Assembly: GCA_001687465.1 (NCBI GenBank)
Contig: LVLI01000353.1
Location: 1 to 64,000, forward strand
Source: Halocafeteria seosinensis
Lineage: Eukaryota
Length of the DNA: 64,000 nt
Direction: 5' to 3'
In this document: piece after piece, positions 1 to 13,600 of the stretch
Layout: each line of letters opens with the position of its first letter
Numbering within the stretch: the stretch's first letter is position 1
Position numbers and translations under genes: made by a program
Notes under the pieces: model-generated
Seen by the model: the letters and a program-made list of their open reading frames with translations, nothing else
Told to the model about the DNA's origin: nothing
Databases searched by the model: none

Positions 1-1648
1 GAGTGGGAATACGGGCATGATCCATATCAAGACTGGAAGCACAAACAACGGTGATTCTGGAAATATAGTATTTAGTAGTGGTCAATCTAACGACGGTTCT
101 TCTGGGAGTCTTACATTTGGCACAGGAGTTAGCACAGACGGCGAGAGTGGATACGTAAGCCTCAGTACCGGGAAAGCTGACAGTGCAAACTCGGGCTACA
201 TCCTTTTGGCTACTGGTGATGCGGAAGAGGGAGACTCCGGTGGAATATCACTTCTTGTAGGACGGAGTACGAGTGGGAACGGAGGCAGTGTCATCATACG
301 GGCTGGCTCTGCAGTAGATGCTGGACACTCGGGGGGACACGTAGAGATCTCCAGTGGTGGAGGAAATTGTGGGGGTAGTGGACAAGTAACATTGCAAAGC
401 TCAGATTCTTTGGAAAGCGGAAATACTGGATCATTGAAAATTAATAGTGGTGCTACAGTTTGTGGAACGTCCGGAAGCTTCTCAATACAATCCGGGCGGA
501 GTAACTGTGGATCCTCTGGTTCCATAGCAATCACCACAGGAAATGCCGAGGCTGGCGTTTCTGGACAAATTACATTGAAGACTGGATGCAGCAGTGAAGG
601 AGCATCAGGAAGTTTGTCGCTTCTGGTAGGAGCAACTACCCAAGGTAATGGTGGTTCGATCGTAATCGCTGCGGGTAGTGCTACAGACTCTGGAGGCAAG
701 GGAGGCTCCATTGAGTTTCACAGCGGGGGTGGTAATGAAGGTGATAGCGGAGAAGTGACAATGCGGACTTCCGATGTTGGGATCGAGGGCAGTACAGGAG
801 ATATTGATATCGCGAGTGGGTCCACCAACGTTGGAAATAGTGGTTGGATTCTTGTTCGCTCTGGTAGCGCTGCCACCGGTAACACGGGCACTGTCACACT
901 CAACACCGGAAAGAGTGAGTGTGGCTCTTCTGGTGCCTTCTTGTCGAAAACTGGAAACTCGATTGGCGGAAATAGTGGTGGGTTTAGCTTTACTACCGGG
1001 AATGGGAGGAAAAGCGGGTCCATATCGCTTATTAGCGGCGACGCCTGCTCTGGGCCTTCGGGAGGAATTGTATTGCAAGTTGGAGCGAGCAGTATGAACG
1101 ATGGAGGCTCAGTGATCATCAACGCTGGGTGTTCACAGGGTAGCACTAGTCAGGGTGGTAGCATCTCGTTGACTACGGGGGGTGGTAATGCTGGAGGGAG
1201 CGGAGACATCGATATGAGAACAGCTGACACTCAGGGTTCTGGGGACACTGGCAATCTTCAACTCACAACCGGAAATGCGCAGAGTGGGAATACGGGCATG
1301 ATCCATATCAAGACTGGAAGCACAAACAACGGTGATTCTGGAAATATAGTATTTAGTAGTGGTCAATCTAACGACGGTTCTTCTGGGAGTCTTACATTTG
1401 GCACAGGAGTTAGCACAGACGGCGAGAGTGGATACGTAAGCCTCAGTACCGGGAAAGCTGACAGTGCAAACTCGGGCTACATCCTTTTGGCTACTGGTGA
1501 TGCGGAAGAGGGAGACGCCGGTGGAATATCACTTCTTGTAGGACGGAGTACGAGTGGGAACGGAGGCAGTGTCATCATACGGGCTGGCTCTGCAGTAGAT
1601 GCTGGACACTCAGGGGGACACGTAGAGATCTCCAGTGGTGGAGGAAAT
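1..1648 (+). repeat. Near-identical internal duplication in giant ORF A: 1-367 vs 1282-1648 (offset 1281 nt = 427 codons)
   Basis: Direct comparison shows identity apart from about 2 substitutions (GDSG/GDAG and one synonymous tcg/tca). The copy probably extends beyond the window start. Confidence 0.95.
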
Positions 1649-4600
1649 AGTGGTGGTAGTGGTACCGCTTCATTCAAAAGCTCCGACTCAAACGGAGTCG
1701 GCGATAGTGGGAGCGTGGAGATATTTTCAGGGGATGCTTTGTGTGGCAACACTGGGTCTCTTCTGCTGTTTTCTGGTGACGCCTGGGACGACAGTGGAAA
1801 TGTAAGCCTCCTCTCAGGCAGTAGCTGCGAAGGATCTTCGGGACAGATGGACATTTCCTCTGGCAACGCGAATGTTCTTAGAAGCGGAGATGTGCATGTC
1901 CGCACCGGATCTGCAGGAGCCTGCTCTGGAGAGCTGTTATTCACCACTGGCAATGCCGATGGAGCCTCTGGAAGTATCTCAATCGTGGCTGGGAGTTCGA
2001 ACGTTGGGAACGGTGGCCGGGTGGCCATCAAAGGCGGCACCTCCAGCTCAGGCTCAGGCGGTTACGTACACCTCCTGACTGCGGATCTTACCTCGGGCCC
2101 TAGTGGAGCGATTTCGATATTGACTGGTAGCTCTACAGGGTCTGGGGCCCGCAGCGGTGCTGTGACTATCGCTTCAGGGGAGGCTAACCATTCTAGTGGG
2201 AACATCACCATTGAAACCGGGAAGAGCTCCGCCTCGAAAACAGGGAACCTGCGTGTTCAAAGTGGAGACGGCCACACAGAATCTGGATATTTGTTGATGA
2301 AGTCGGGTAAATCTAATGTGGGGAACTCGGGTCCTATAAGTGTTATTACTGGTTTATCGTGTTGTGGTCGTAGTGGGCATATACTGCTTTCTACAGGTGA
2401 TGCCAATACAAACTCGGGTGGTGTGTCCATTTTGGTTGGATCTTCTACTTCATCAAATGGTGGCGCGGTCCGCATAATTGCTGGAAACAGTAATAACGGA
2501 GCTGGTGGAAGCATCGACGTCAGTTCAGGGCAAGGGAACCTTAGCTCGGGCAATGTATCTGTAGGTTCCGCTAGCGCTGCGAACACTGGGCGGCTCGAAA
2601 TACGCAGCGGAGACGCCTCCCATGCTTCAGGTGGTATATCCGTAGCTTCAGGCAATGCTAATACATCCCTCACAGGCAGTATTACGATAAACTCTGGAAG
2701 TTCCAAGTCTGGTGATAGTGGTGCCCTTTTTCTGATCACGGGATCGTCTGAGTCTGCGAGTAGCGGAAACATTGAACTAGCTAGCGGACTGTCGTGTGGG
2801 GGACTATCCGGAAGTATCAGCTTTGCATCCGGTAATGCGCGCTTATCGTCTGGAAGCGTTACGCTTCGTGTCGGGGATAGTTATTGTGGCCAAGGAGGCA
2901 CTATTACCATTCATGCAGGCAACGCCAACTCTTCTCTACCGGGAGGAAGAATTCGTATCCAGACTGGAGCTTCTGAAAATGGAAATTCTGGATCAGTTTC
3001 AATCCGAACTGGAAAAAGTAACACCAAAAACTCAGGGTATTTGCTTTTCGCATCTGGTGGCTCCTCTTCCGGCAAGTCAGGGGCAATATCCCAAGTCACC
3101 GGCGAAGCTGGAAGCTGCTCCGGGAGGCTGCTATTGGCTACTGGAAATTCTAAAGATTCTTCGGGTAGCTTGATTTTCTCCACCGGGAAATCTAATTGTG
3201 GAGATTCCGGCAGCATTTCTCTTCTTGTTGGTTTGAGTGATACAAACCAGGGTGGCGATGTTTTTGTTCAAGCGGGGAATTCAGTCTCAGGACGTGGAGG
3301 GAACGTGTTTGTTTCCAGCGGCGCCTCCAACAAACAAAGCGGCACCGTCAGTATCGAATCATCAACGAGCACCAATGGCAATACTGGACGAGTACTAATC
3401 GCAACAGGACTGTCAGGTGGCATGAAATCGGGGCAACTAGAAATTGCGAGTGGTACTGCTAACAGTGGGAATAGCGGATCGATTACTATTAAAACGGGAC
3501 AGTCGAACACAAAAACTAGTGGAAGTACTACTGTTTCCACTGGAGACTCGACTTCTGGTTGCAGTGGTAGCGTTTCTATCATCACGGGGTCGTCTGACGC
3601 ATCCTGCAGCGGCTCGATATTTTTACAGACCGGTAACGCCAATACGGCCGCCGGATCCATTTCCCTGTTAGTTGGAGACAGCCAATCTTCCTCTGGAGGA
3701 TGTGTTGTTATCAAAGCCGGGCTCGTAACAGACGGCAATCAGCGTGGCGGTAGTATTTTAATCAGTAGTGGTGGTAGCAATCTCGGAGGGAGCGGGAGAA
3801 TAAGCATGAGAAGCGCAGACACACACGGTACGGGCGATACAGGTAATTTTCTCGTGCAAACAGGAAATGCCGAAACGGGTGATACCGGATTGATTCACAT
3901 TACAACCGGGAGCACAAATGGAGGGGATTCGGGAAACATACTGTTCAACAGTGGGGAGTCCAACGACGGTTCTTCAGGCAGTCTCACCATTGGAACCGGC
4001 TCAACGACAAGTGGTGATAGTGGATATTTAACCCTGAGTACGGGCAAGTCTGATACTGGGAACTCTGGCTATATTTTGCTGGCTACGGGGGATGCGGAAG
4101 GTGGGGATGCAGGAGGTATATCCCTTCTTGTAGGAAAGAGCACTAAGGGAAACGGAGGTAGTGTCATCGTGCGGGCCGGGTCGTCCTCGGATACAGGTCA
4201 TGCAGGTGGTGACCTGCTCATTTCTAGCGGGGGCGGTAACTCTGGAGGTTCCGGGCAGGCCATCTTGCGCACTGCATCATCCAGTGGGTGTGGCAATTCT
4301 GGAAGTCTACAACTCTTAAGCGGCGATACTCTTACAGGGGACACTGGTAACGTAAAGCTAGCAACTGGGACAACTAACGAAGGCAATTCGGGAGCGCTGG
4401 TTCTTGCTTCTGGGGAGTCAGTATCGGGAAGTACCGGAAAGATAACGTTTTCAACAGGGTCTTCCGCTGAGGGAAATAGTGGCTCCTTGATGTGGAGTAC
4501 TGGAGAATCCAATACACAGGATTCTGGCTCCATACTGGTGCAGACCGGTTCCAGTTGTGAAGGCGAAACGGGATCTATTTCTCTTGTCGTCGGCCATTCC

Positions 4601-7600
4601 ACGGAGGGTACAGGTGGTGCCGTCGTGCTCCGCGCTGGAACGAGCACTTGCGCCAAGGGTGGTCTTGTTGACATTGTATCTGGTACTTCTTGCTCAGGAA
4701 CAAGCGGAACTGTCACCATTTCTACTGGCTTGTCTACTTGTGGCGCGTCAGGGGGGTTGTTCGTGGCATCAGGTACCTCCAAAGCAACCAGTGGAGCTAT
4801 GTCCATATCGACAGGAAGTAGTACAGAGAATAACAGTGGAAAACTGAGTTTACGCACGGGGAATGCCTCTGCCAGCACGTCTGGTTACATTCTCTTTCGG
4901 ACTGGAAATTCTGCGCAGGGCTCTGGTGCCTTGTCTGTTCTAACGGGAGTGTCATCAGACGGATACTCAGGGGAAATACTTTTAGAAACAGGTTGCGCGC
5001 TAGCTTCTAATGGAGCCAGCGGGTATATCAGAATGAGGACTGGATGCTCTCAAACGAACAGTGGAGGAATAACTCTAGCAACCGGGGATGTACCAAATGG
5101 GGAGCAAAGTGGTTCAATGTCGATGATGAGTGGTAACTCCCATTCTGGTCATTCAGGAAGTCTCCAATTAAGAAGTGGGCAAGCCAATAGTGGGGATTCT
5201 GGGAGCATTACAGTTGCCACAGGAGAGTCTTGCTCTTCAAACTCTGGCGTTGTAACCATTGAAACAGGGGAATCATTCGTAAGGAGTGGCTCTATAGAAG
5301 TAGGTACTGGTGCATCCACGGGGTCCGCCTCTGGAGATATATCGATGACTTCAGGATCGGCGACATGTCGCAGTGGTAGCGTATCTCTCGTTGTAGGGGA
5401 CGCAAATACCGGAGACACCGGCAACATAGAGATTACTGCAGGAACTGTCACTAACGGGGACGGTAATGGTGGCTCTGTTACACTGCGTAGTGGAGACGCT
5501 TCCAATGGGTCATCTGGATCCGTCGAGGTTCGGAGTGGTGGTGTCAGTGGAGCCGGGGATTCAGGAAGCTTCATTGTAGGTACCGGCAGTACTCCTGATG
5601 GAAACTCTGGTTCAATTTCGATTGTCGGAGGGGACAGTAACGTGGGTGACACTGGAATGATATCAATCGGCTCAGGGAAGACTAATGAAGGAGTCAGTGG
5701 GAGTATTTCCGTCTACTCGGGGGTGGCTTGTGATGGCCAATCTGGGTCGTTGTATCTGTTTACTGGGTGTGCTATCGCCGGGAAATCTGGATCGGCTCGT
5801 CTAATGACAGGCAGTAGTACGTGTGGAGATAGTGGGTCCATTTCTATCACTGCTGGGGAAGCAACCGATGGTAATGGTGGTGGTGTGTTTATTGCTGCCG
5901 GACCCTCTACAGGCTCTTCAGGAAAAGGTGGAAGTGTCACTATACAAGGAGGAAGAAGTTGTCAAGGGCACTCTGGATCACTTAGTTTGCGTACTCTAGA
6001 TTCTTTGGTTTCAGGGAATAGTGGATACCTTCGGATCGGGACAGGAGATGCAGCCACTGGGTCTAGTGGATCGATATCTCTTTGGACCGGGCTAGTTACA
6101 GATGGATCTTCTGGTGGATTCCTTCTTTCATCAGGGGAGGCAACTTGTGGCAACTCCGGCTATATAGCGTTATTAACAGGTGGGGCAGAAACGGACACTG
6201 GTTCCATTTCTCTCGTTGTGGGTACCAGCTCTAAAGGGAATGGGGGTAGTATCTTAGTACGCGCGGGTACGGCTCAAGCCTCAGATGGTAAAGGAGGCTC
6301 TGTATCCATATCTAGTGGTGGCGGGGAGCATGGAGATAGCGGCGATGCGTATGTTGCCACTGGGAGTGTCAGTGAGGACGGAAAGAGCGGTGTACTCGTA
6401 CTGAGCAGTGGCAGTACTTCCACTGGAAATACTGGCTACGCTAAACTAGTAACTGGGGATGCTAATGAAGGCGATAGTGGTATGCTGCGGATTTCTTCAG
6501 GTGAAAGCATTAGCGGTAACAGTGGGCAGATAGACATCAACTCAGGGTCCGTGACAAGTGGAGATAGTGGCTATCTGTCCTTAGCAACAGGAACTTCTGA
6601 AAATGGAGATTCCGGATACATGCTCTTGCAGACAGGACAGTCGAACTGTGGACGAAGTGGTGGTATATCTTTTCTAGTCGGCAAGAGCACAGCGGGAAAT
6701 GGAGGAGATGTGGCCCTCAAAGCTGGGACTGCAATAGCAGCGGGTTGCTCTGGAGGCTCTATACTGATCAAAACTGGCTGTAGCCGGAGCGGAAATAGTG
6801 GGAGACTGGAGTTTGTAACTGGATCAGGTGGATGTTCCGGAGCAAGTGGTACAATTGCGCTGTCGTCTGGTTTGGCGTGCACTGGGGCCTCAGGGAGCTT
6901 ACTGCTCGCATCAGGGCGTTCCGAAAGTGGTGCCTCGGGCACCATGTCGCTTTTGACGGGGGTTGCCGAGAATGGCAACAGTGGAGCGTTTGTGGCATTT
7001 ACTGGTACCGCCTGTCAACGAACAGGTAGTATGGAACTTTCCACGGGTTCTACAACTTCGGGTTCCTCCGGCTCAATACTTGCTGGTACGGGGTCAGGAC
7101 AAAATCGCTCAGGTTCCTTGTCTATTCTAGTGGGCACGTCATGCGGCACAGGAGGCAATATGTTCATCGGCGCAGGGAGAGTGGAAGGTCTGGGGGGCAA
7201 AGGCGGGTCCGCACAATTAGTAAGTGGCTCCGCCACTAATGGAGAGAGTGGGCAGATATCAATCTTGACAGGAGATGTTACTCAAGCCGGTAACACGGGA
7301 AGTATAGTTATGCGTTCAGGCTCTTCGAACAACGGAAGCACCGGAAGCGTTAGCATTTTTTCCGGCAGTAGTTCTAGTGGTGACAGCGGCCGGCTCACAT
7401 TGCGAACCGGTTCTTTGAATGATGGGGAAAGTGGTCCCATTACTCTGCAGACGGGTACAACGAAAACAGGAAATAGTGGGGCTGTAAGCTTCTTAAGCGG
7501 TTCCACAAACGGAAGGAGTGGTTCTTTGACATTCTCGTCTGGGGATTCTAATGTTGGTCCTTCGGGATCGATTTCACTCTCATCAGGAGCGTCCGTATCT

Positions 7601-10600
7601 GCAAACAGTGGCAAAATTGTGTTCACAGCTGGTAGTGCCTGGGGAGTAGGCGGACGGATTAGCATCTCCAGCGGCACTGGACAGGGTGTTTCACGCTCTG
7701 GCGGCATTGGTGTTACGACTGGAGATTCGAATTTGGGAGCGTCGGGAGCCATTAGTCTAACAACAGGCAAGAGTGAAGGGGATAGTTCTGGCGCGATCAC
7801 ATTTATTACAGGTGACTCTCCTAACGGTGGAAACAGTGGACAAATTATGCTATCTAGCGGGGCCGGGAACTCGGGGAAATCAGGAGCCATTCTTATTCTT
7901 TCTGGAAATGCCAATACATCAACTGGCTCAATTTCAGTCTTGGTGGGACATGCGGAGAATGAGGGTGGAGATATAGTGTTTCAGGCTGGTGGTAGCTCAG
8001 AAGAGGATGGTGGCAGTGTTGCTATTACGAGTGGCGGAAGTAACAGCGGCTCCTCCGGGTCCATTTCTTTAGTTTCCCTAGCTTCTTTGGGATCTACTGG
8101 GGGCACCACAATAAAATCTGGCGAAAGTACAGAGGGCAACTCTGGCAGCATGCTGCTTTCATCCGGAAAGGCTGCATCTGGTCGCAGTGGGGAAATCAAA
8201 CTGAAAACCGGATCTAGCAATTGCGGATCTTCGGGTACAATCAGTCTGGAGACTGGGTGCTCCATTGAAGGCACTAGTGGATCGTTGAACTATGTTACAG
8301 GATCCAGTTGCTCAGGTAGCTCGGGGCATATCGCCTTAATATCTGGAAACGCCGACAACGGAAAGTCAGGCTCTCTTTCACTCAATGTAGGAACAGTCAA
8401 TTCTGGAGATGGAGGGAAAATTTGGGTCACCGCCGGTGATAGTTCTGGAGAAAATAGCGAAGGGGGGGGCATCACCTTCATGAGTGGTGGGTCTGCAGAC
8501 GGTGACAGTGGCTCAATATCGCTGCTTACTGGTAAAATACTACAGTCTGGGAATAGTGGGATGTTTTCAGCCACCACAGGAAACGCACAAGGAGGAAATA
8601 GTGGGTCTGTCCTTGTTCGCACTGGGAAGGCATCTCTAGGTGCGAGTGGGAGCTTGACAATGTATTCGGGGGACGCAAATGAAGGTGATAGTGGAGGGAT
8701 CAGCATCACGACCGGAATCACCGACAGTGGTAGCAGTGGCTCAATTGTTCTGGGATCCGGCGATTCCAACAGTGGGAACTCCGGAGCTCTTCGTTTAGTA
8801 ACAGGCGATTCCTCCGCCGGAGGTGCGGGAGACATCTCGGTATTGGTAGGATCTTCGGGCAATGGTAACGGTGGCAGTATTACAATCAAAGGTGGAACGT
8901 CAAAAGCCATCTGTGGAAATGGAGGAGCAATTTCAATATTATCCGGGAAGGGTGGATCAGGAGGGAGAAGTGGCGATATTTCACTGGCCACTGACAGTGC
9001 CTCGTGCCAGGGAAGTGGCAGTCTTTCGATTTATAGCGGACTTTCAGAACTTGACTCTTCGGGATACATCACAATTAGCTCCGGGAAATCATGTTCCGGA
9101 AGAACAGGCTCAGTCCAGATTTCTTCAGGAGTGGGAAATGAAAGAAGTGGCGCAATTATAATTCATTCAGGGAACGGCCAGCAGTCCACTGGTGCTATTG
9201 GCGTACATACTGGAAAGTCCAATTCCGCGAGCAGCGGTTCCATTGCGCTGTCCACCGGAAATGCTAACTCAGGAAAAAGCGGTTCAATGCTTATTAAGAC
9301 CGGTTGTTCGAATTGTGGAAGTACGGGGGCCATCACATTGTCTGTAGGGACGTCTCGGTCAGGAAACGGGGGAGAAATCCTACTGGACTCTGGGAAATCG
9401 GATATAGGGGGCTCCGGGGATGTTTCAATACTGTCTGGGGGCTCTGATAATGGTGATTCGGGGAAGATATCTGTGCAAACTGGCAATGCAATCGAGGGAT
9501 TTAGTGGTTCGCTGGTCTTTGCTAGTGGTAGCGCAAAATCTGGTGACTCAGGAAAAGTGAGCATATCGGCCGGTTCAAGCACATCGGGAAATAGTGGAGG
9601 TATCCACCTGTTAACGGGCAGTGGAAACAAGGCTTCCGGGTCCATTTCTCTGCATGTAGGGTCGTCCAATTCTAGTGGTGGGTCCATTGTGTTGCACGCC
9701 GGATGTACCAAATGTGCAAACGGGGGTAGCGTGCAAATTACGTCAGGAGGCTCTGAAGAGAAAAATTCAGGATCTATCATCCTCTCTACTGGCGTTGCGC
9801 TCCTTGGAAATAGTGGAAGTATAACGTCTGTTACTGGAACCAGTGACAACGGTGCTAGCGGAGCCATCATCCTAGGGAGTGGTTGTGGTCTGAGCTCTGG
9901 AGATATCAGTATATCCTCCGGTCAAGGAAACACTAACACTGGTAAAATGAGTTTAAGGACTGGTACTTCTTGCAGTGGCAACTCGGGAAGCATTGAACTA
10001 AAAACTGGAGACGGAAACTGTGGCAGATCCGGCGATATTCTCATACTTAGTGGCAACGGAAACTCAGCAGCTGGCAGCATTTCTCTGATAGCAGGCCACT
10101 CAGACTGCGGCGATTCGGGGCACATCGTTCTTTCTGGGGGTAGGTCCGATTCTTCAGTTGGAAGGGGAGGTTCCATCTCACTGTTCAGTGGGGCCAGCAA
10201 TGCTGGTAGCTCCGGCGATTTGCACTTGACAACATCAAAGGGCGAAAGCGCCTCTGGAGAACTGCAGCTTCACACTTCAGGTGGCCAAGGTAACTCCGGG
10301 GCGATAAAAATACAGTCAGGAGATTCCGCCACCATGAATTCGGGATTAGTGCTTCTTGAGAGTGGTGATGCGCATTCTTCAAGTGGGGCTATTCGTGTTT
10401 CCACTGGTTCCGTGAATGAGGGAAGCTCAGGAAGTTTGAGGTTCCTCTCGGGAAATACCGAAGATGGCAATTCTGGTGTACTTACAGTATCGACAGGCGT
10501 TGCCTGCAATGGACGGGCTGGTTCAATATCCCTGACAGTGGGAAGTAGTAGCAATGCAGCAGGTGGGGAGATCGCTATCAGCGCTGGTGCTTCGACAAGT

Positions 10601-13600
10601 GGCCAAAATAAAGGGGGGAGTCTCACGATGCTTTCGGGAGCAGGTACGAACGCAGATAGTGGTAGCATTGTCGTGGGATCTTCCAAGGTTACTGGTCTTG
10701 CAAACAGCGGTGCCATTTCTATATCAAGTGGGAAGGGAAACAACGGGGACTCAGGGCCATTGAAGTTGCTGAGTGGTTCGGCGGTGGAAGGGGACACGGG
10801 CGACATCATTATTGCTACAGGTCATAGCTCGTGTGGGGCATCGGGTAATATTGTAATAGAAACTGGGTGTGGAAATGCTAGCGGTTCCGCAGGTTCTATA
10901 TCCGTTTTAATTGGGAAAAGCGGAAGTGGGGATGGTGGAAACATCATTCTCAGCGCTGGTGAATCCTCATGTGGAAACGGTGGCACTATTACAATCCTAA
11001 CAGGAGAGGTCGCTAACGGTGGGACAAGCGGCTCATTCAGTCTCCTCACGGCTGATGCTAATGTTAACGGTGATACAGGGAGCATCCTTTTGAGTACGGG
11101 GACTACCTGCTCGGGGTTTACGGGATGTATACGAATTGTAACCGGCTCCTCCGATACAGGAGATACTGGATACATGTACGCGGCTACCGGAACAGCGATC
11201 AACGGAAAGAGTGGAGCCGTTAGTATTGCAACGGGGGTGTCCGATGACGGAGAGTCTGGGTCTGTTAGAATTTCTAGTGGTGCGTCAAACGGGGGAAATA
11301 GCGGATGGATACTGTTACAAACTGGAGGGGCTGAAAGCGGTGCCTCGGGGGGCGTTTCCATTTCTGTGGGCAACAGTGGCTGTGGTAGTGGTGGTTCTAT
11401 ATTCTTGAGAGCCGGAAATGGTCAAGGTAACGCAGACGGTGGGGCGGTTGTGTTAGAAACAGGTGAATCAGCCCAATCTAATTCTGGCTCTTTGAAACTG
11501 TCCACAGCTGATCAATCGCTAGCGACTTCTGGATCCCTTGTGATTGAGTCCGGAACGTCCTCGTCTGCAGATTCCGGGTCAGTGTTAATGCAGACTGGTA
11601 AAGCCAACGGGCGCAGTGGTGCGTTTTCACTCTTTACTGGCTCTTCCACGTCAAATCGATCCGGAAACTTGGCCTTCTACACTGGTGGCACCAATAGCGG
11701 ACTTAGCGGAGTGTTAACTGCCCGAACTGGAACGAGTATAGAAGGGTCATCGGGGTACCTACTCTTGCAAACAGGTAGCGCTACTTCTGGAGAAGGAGGA
11801 TCGATCTCGCTTCTGGTTTCTTCTGGGGCCAATGGTGGCTCTATCCATATCTCTGCTGGCAATGCGTCCGGATCAGGTGGTAACGGTGGATCAGTGTTAG
11901 TTCAAAGTGGGGGCGGCAATGGCGACGGTTCAGGAGCGGTCTCAATAATGTCCGCCGATGTTTCTCATTGCGGAACTACGGGTTCTTTGGAGATTCGGAC
12001 AGGGAAAACTTTGGACGGAAACACAGGAATAGTAACTGTTTCTTCAGGAAGCTCACAAAGCGGTACAACAGGTTATATCTCTTTTGCAAGCGGTACCTCG
12101 TCCAACGGAGGATCTGGACAAGTTACAATTTCGACGGGGGCCACTACTGAGGGATCGTCAGGCTCGTTGGAGTTGACAACAGGAAGAACAAATTCGGGAA
12201 ATTCCGGGTTTATCTTGATTAGTACGGGTGACTCAGTGGAGGGAATAGGGGGCTCTATTTCGTTTGTGGCCGGTAACAGTAAAGTGCAAGAGGGGGGGTC
12301 AATTTTTGGGGCAGCAGGGGTCTCTAACGATGCTACCGTTGGAGGGTCTATAGAATTCAGAAGTGGGAAAAGCTTACTGGGCTGTTCCGGCGGAATTGGT
12401 ATACGTACAGGATCTGGTAAGATCTCTTCAGGAAATGCCATTCTGAAAACGGGAGAGGCCGACAATGGGAACTCGGGTTCATTCAGTATTTTTTCGGGTA
12501 CTGCTTCCTCCTCCTCGGGGCACCTTGATTTAAGATCTGGTGATGCTTCTTCTGGAGATAGTGGATACATTTTGTTGTCCACCGGTCGAAGTAACTGTGC
12601 TTCTTCAGGAGGCATATCAATATTAGGTGGTAAAGCTTGTGGAGCCGGAGGCTCAATTGAACTGCACGCTGGTAATTCAAAGAGTATGTCGGGGGGCTTT
12701 GTTTCGATTTCCACAGGAAGCGGGTGTCAAGGTAGCTCAGGATCTATTAGCATCGCTACATCAAGCGCTACGAAGAGGACTGGCAGTTTGATTTTGTCCA
12801 CCGGGGTCTCCGAAGAACAGAACTCCGGGGAAATCCTTGTCCAGTCAGGACAAGCTACTGAAGGAAACTCCGGTAACATAGCAATCCGTACTGGTGCTGC
12901 ATGTGAGACTACTGGAAGCATAATACTTAGCTCCGGAAACTCTGCCTCTGGATCGAGTGGAAGTATATCCATTTTGGGTGGAGACGGTTCTTGTTCAGGA
13001 TCACGTGTCAGTATTATAGCAGGATTCTCTGGAGGACCTAATTCAACAGGAGGCAAAATTAGAATTGTTGCAGGGAAATCTAAGTGCTCCTCTAGCGGTC
13101 CTATAACGTTCTCAACGTTTAACTCCCAGAGCTCAACGAATTCGGGTGGAATTTTGTTCTCCACTGGGAGGTCTTGCAGCGGAACCTCGGGTCATTTGAG
13201 TTTCAGCACTGGCGATGGTGTAAACATGGGTAATAGTGGGCTCATTGTAATTCATTCTGGAATGTCGCAGGGCGGAGACACTGGAGCAATTGACCTGTCT
13301 ACGGGGAAAGCAACACTGGCTTCTGGGGACATGAAAATTGCGACAGGAGAATCAAATTGTGGAAACTCCGGTCACGTGAGCATTCTCACAGGGTCTGCAT
13401 GTGGTAGGTCTGGTGGCATTAGCATGATTGCTGGAGCCTCCTCTTCTTCCACTGGCGGCTCTATTGTCATAGAGGCAGGAAGCACGACAAGCACGACGCA
13501 TTCAGGGGGCGCAATAGATTTACACGGTGGTGCAGCTGATGGCGTCGGTCTGAGTTCTGGTAATGTCAGTGTCCAATCAGGATGCTCGATTGGTGGCAGC

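Noticed and set aside
17..19. ATG at 17 (and GTG at 63726) as true starts of the giant proteins
   Set aside because: Both frames stay open to the window edges with continuing repeats, so the real N-termini lie outside the window.
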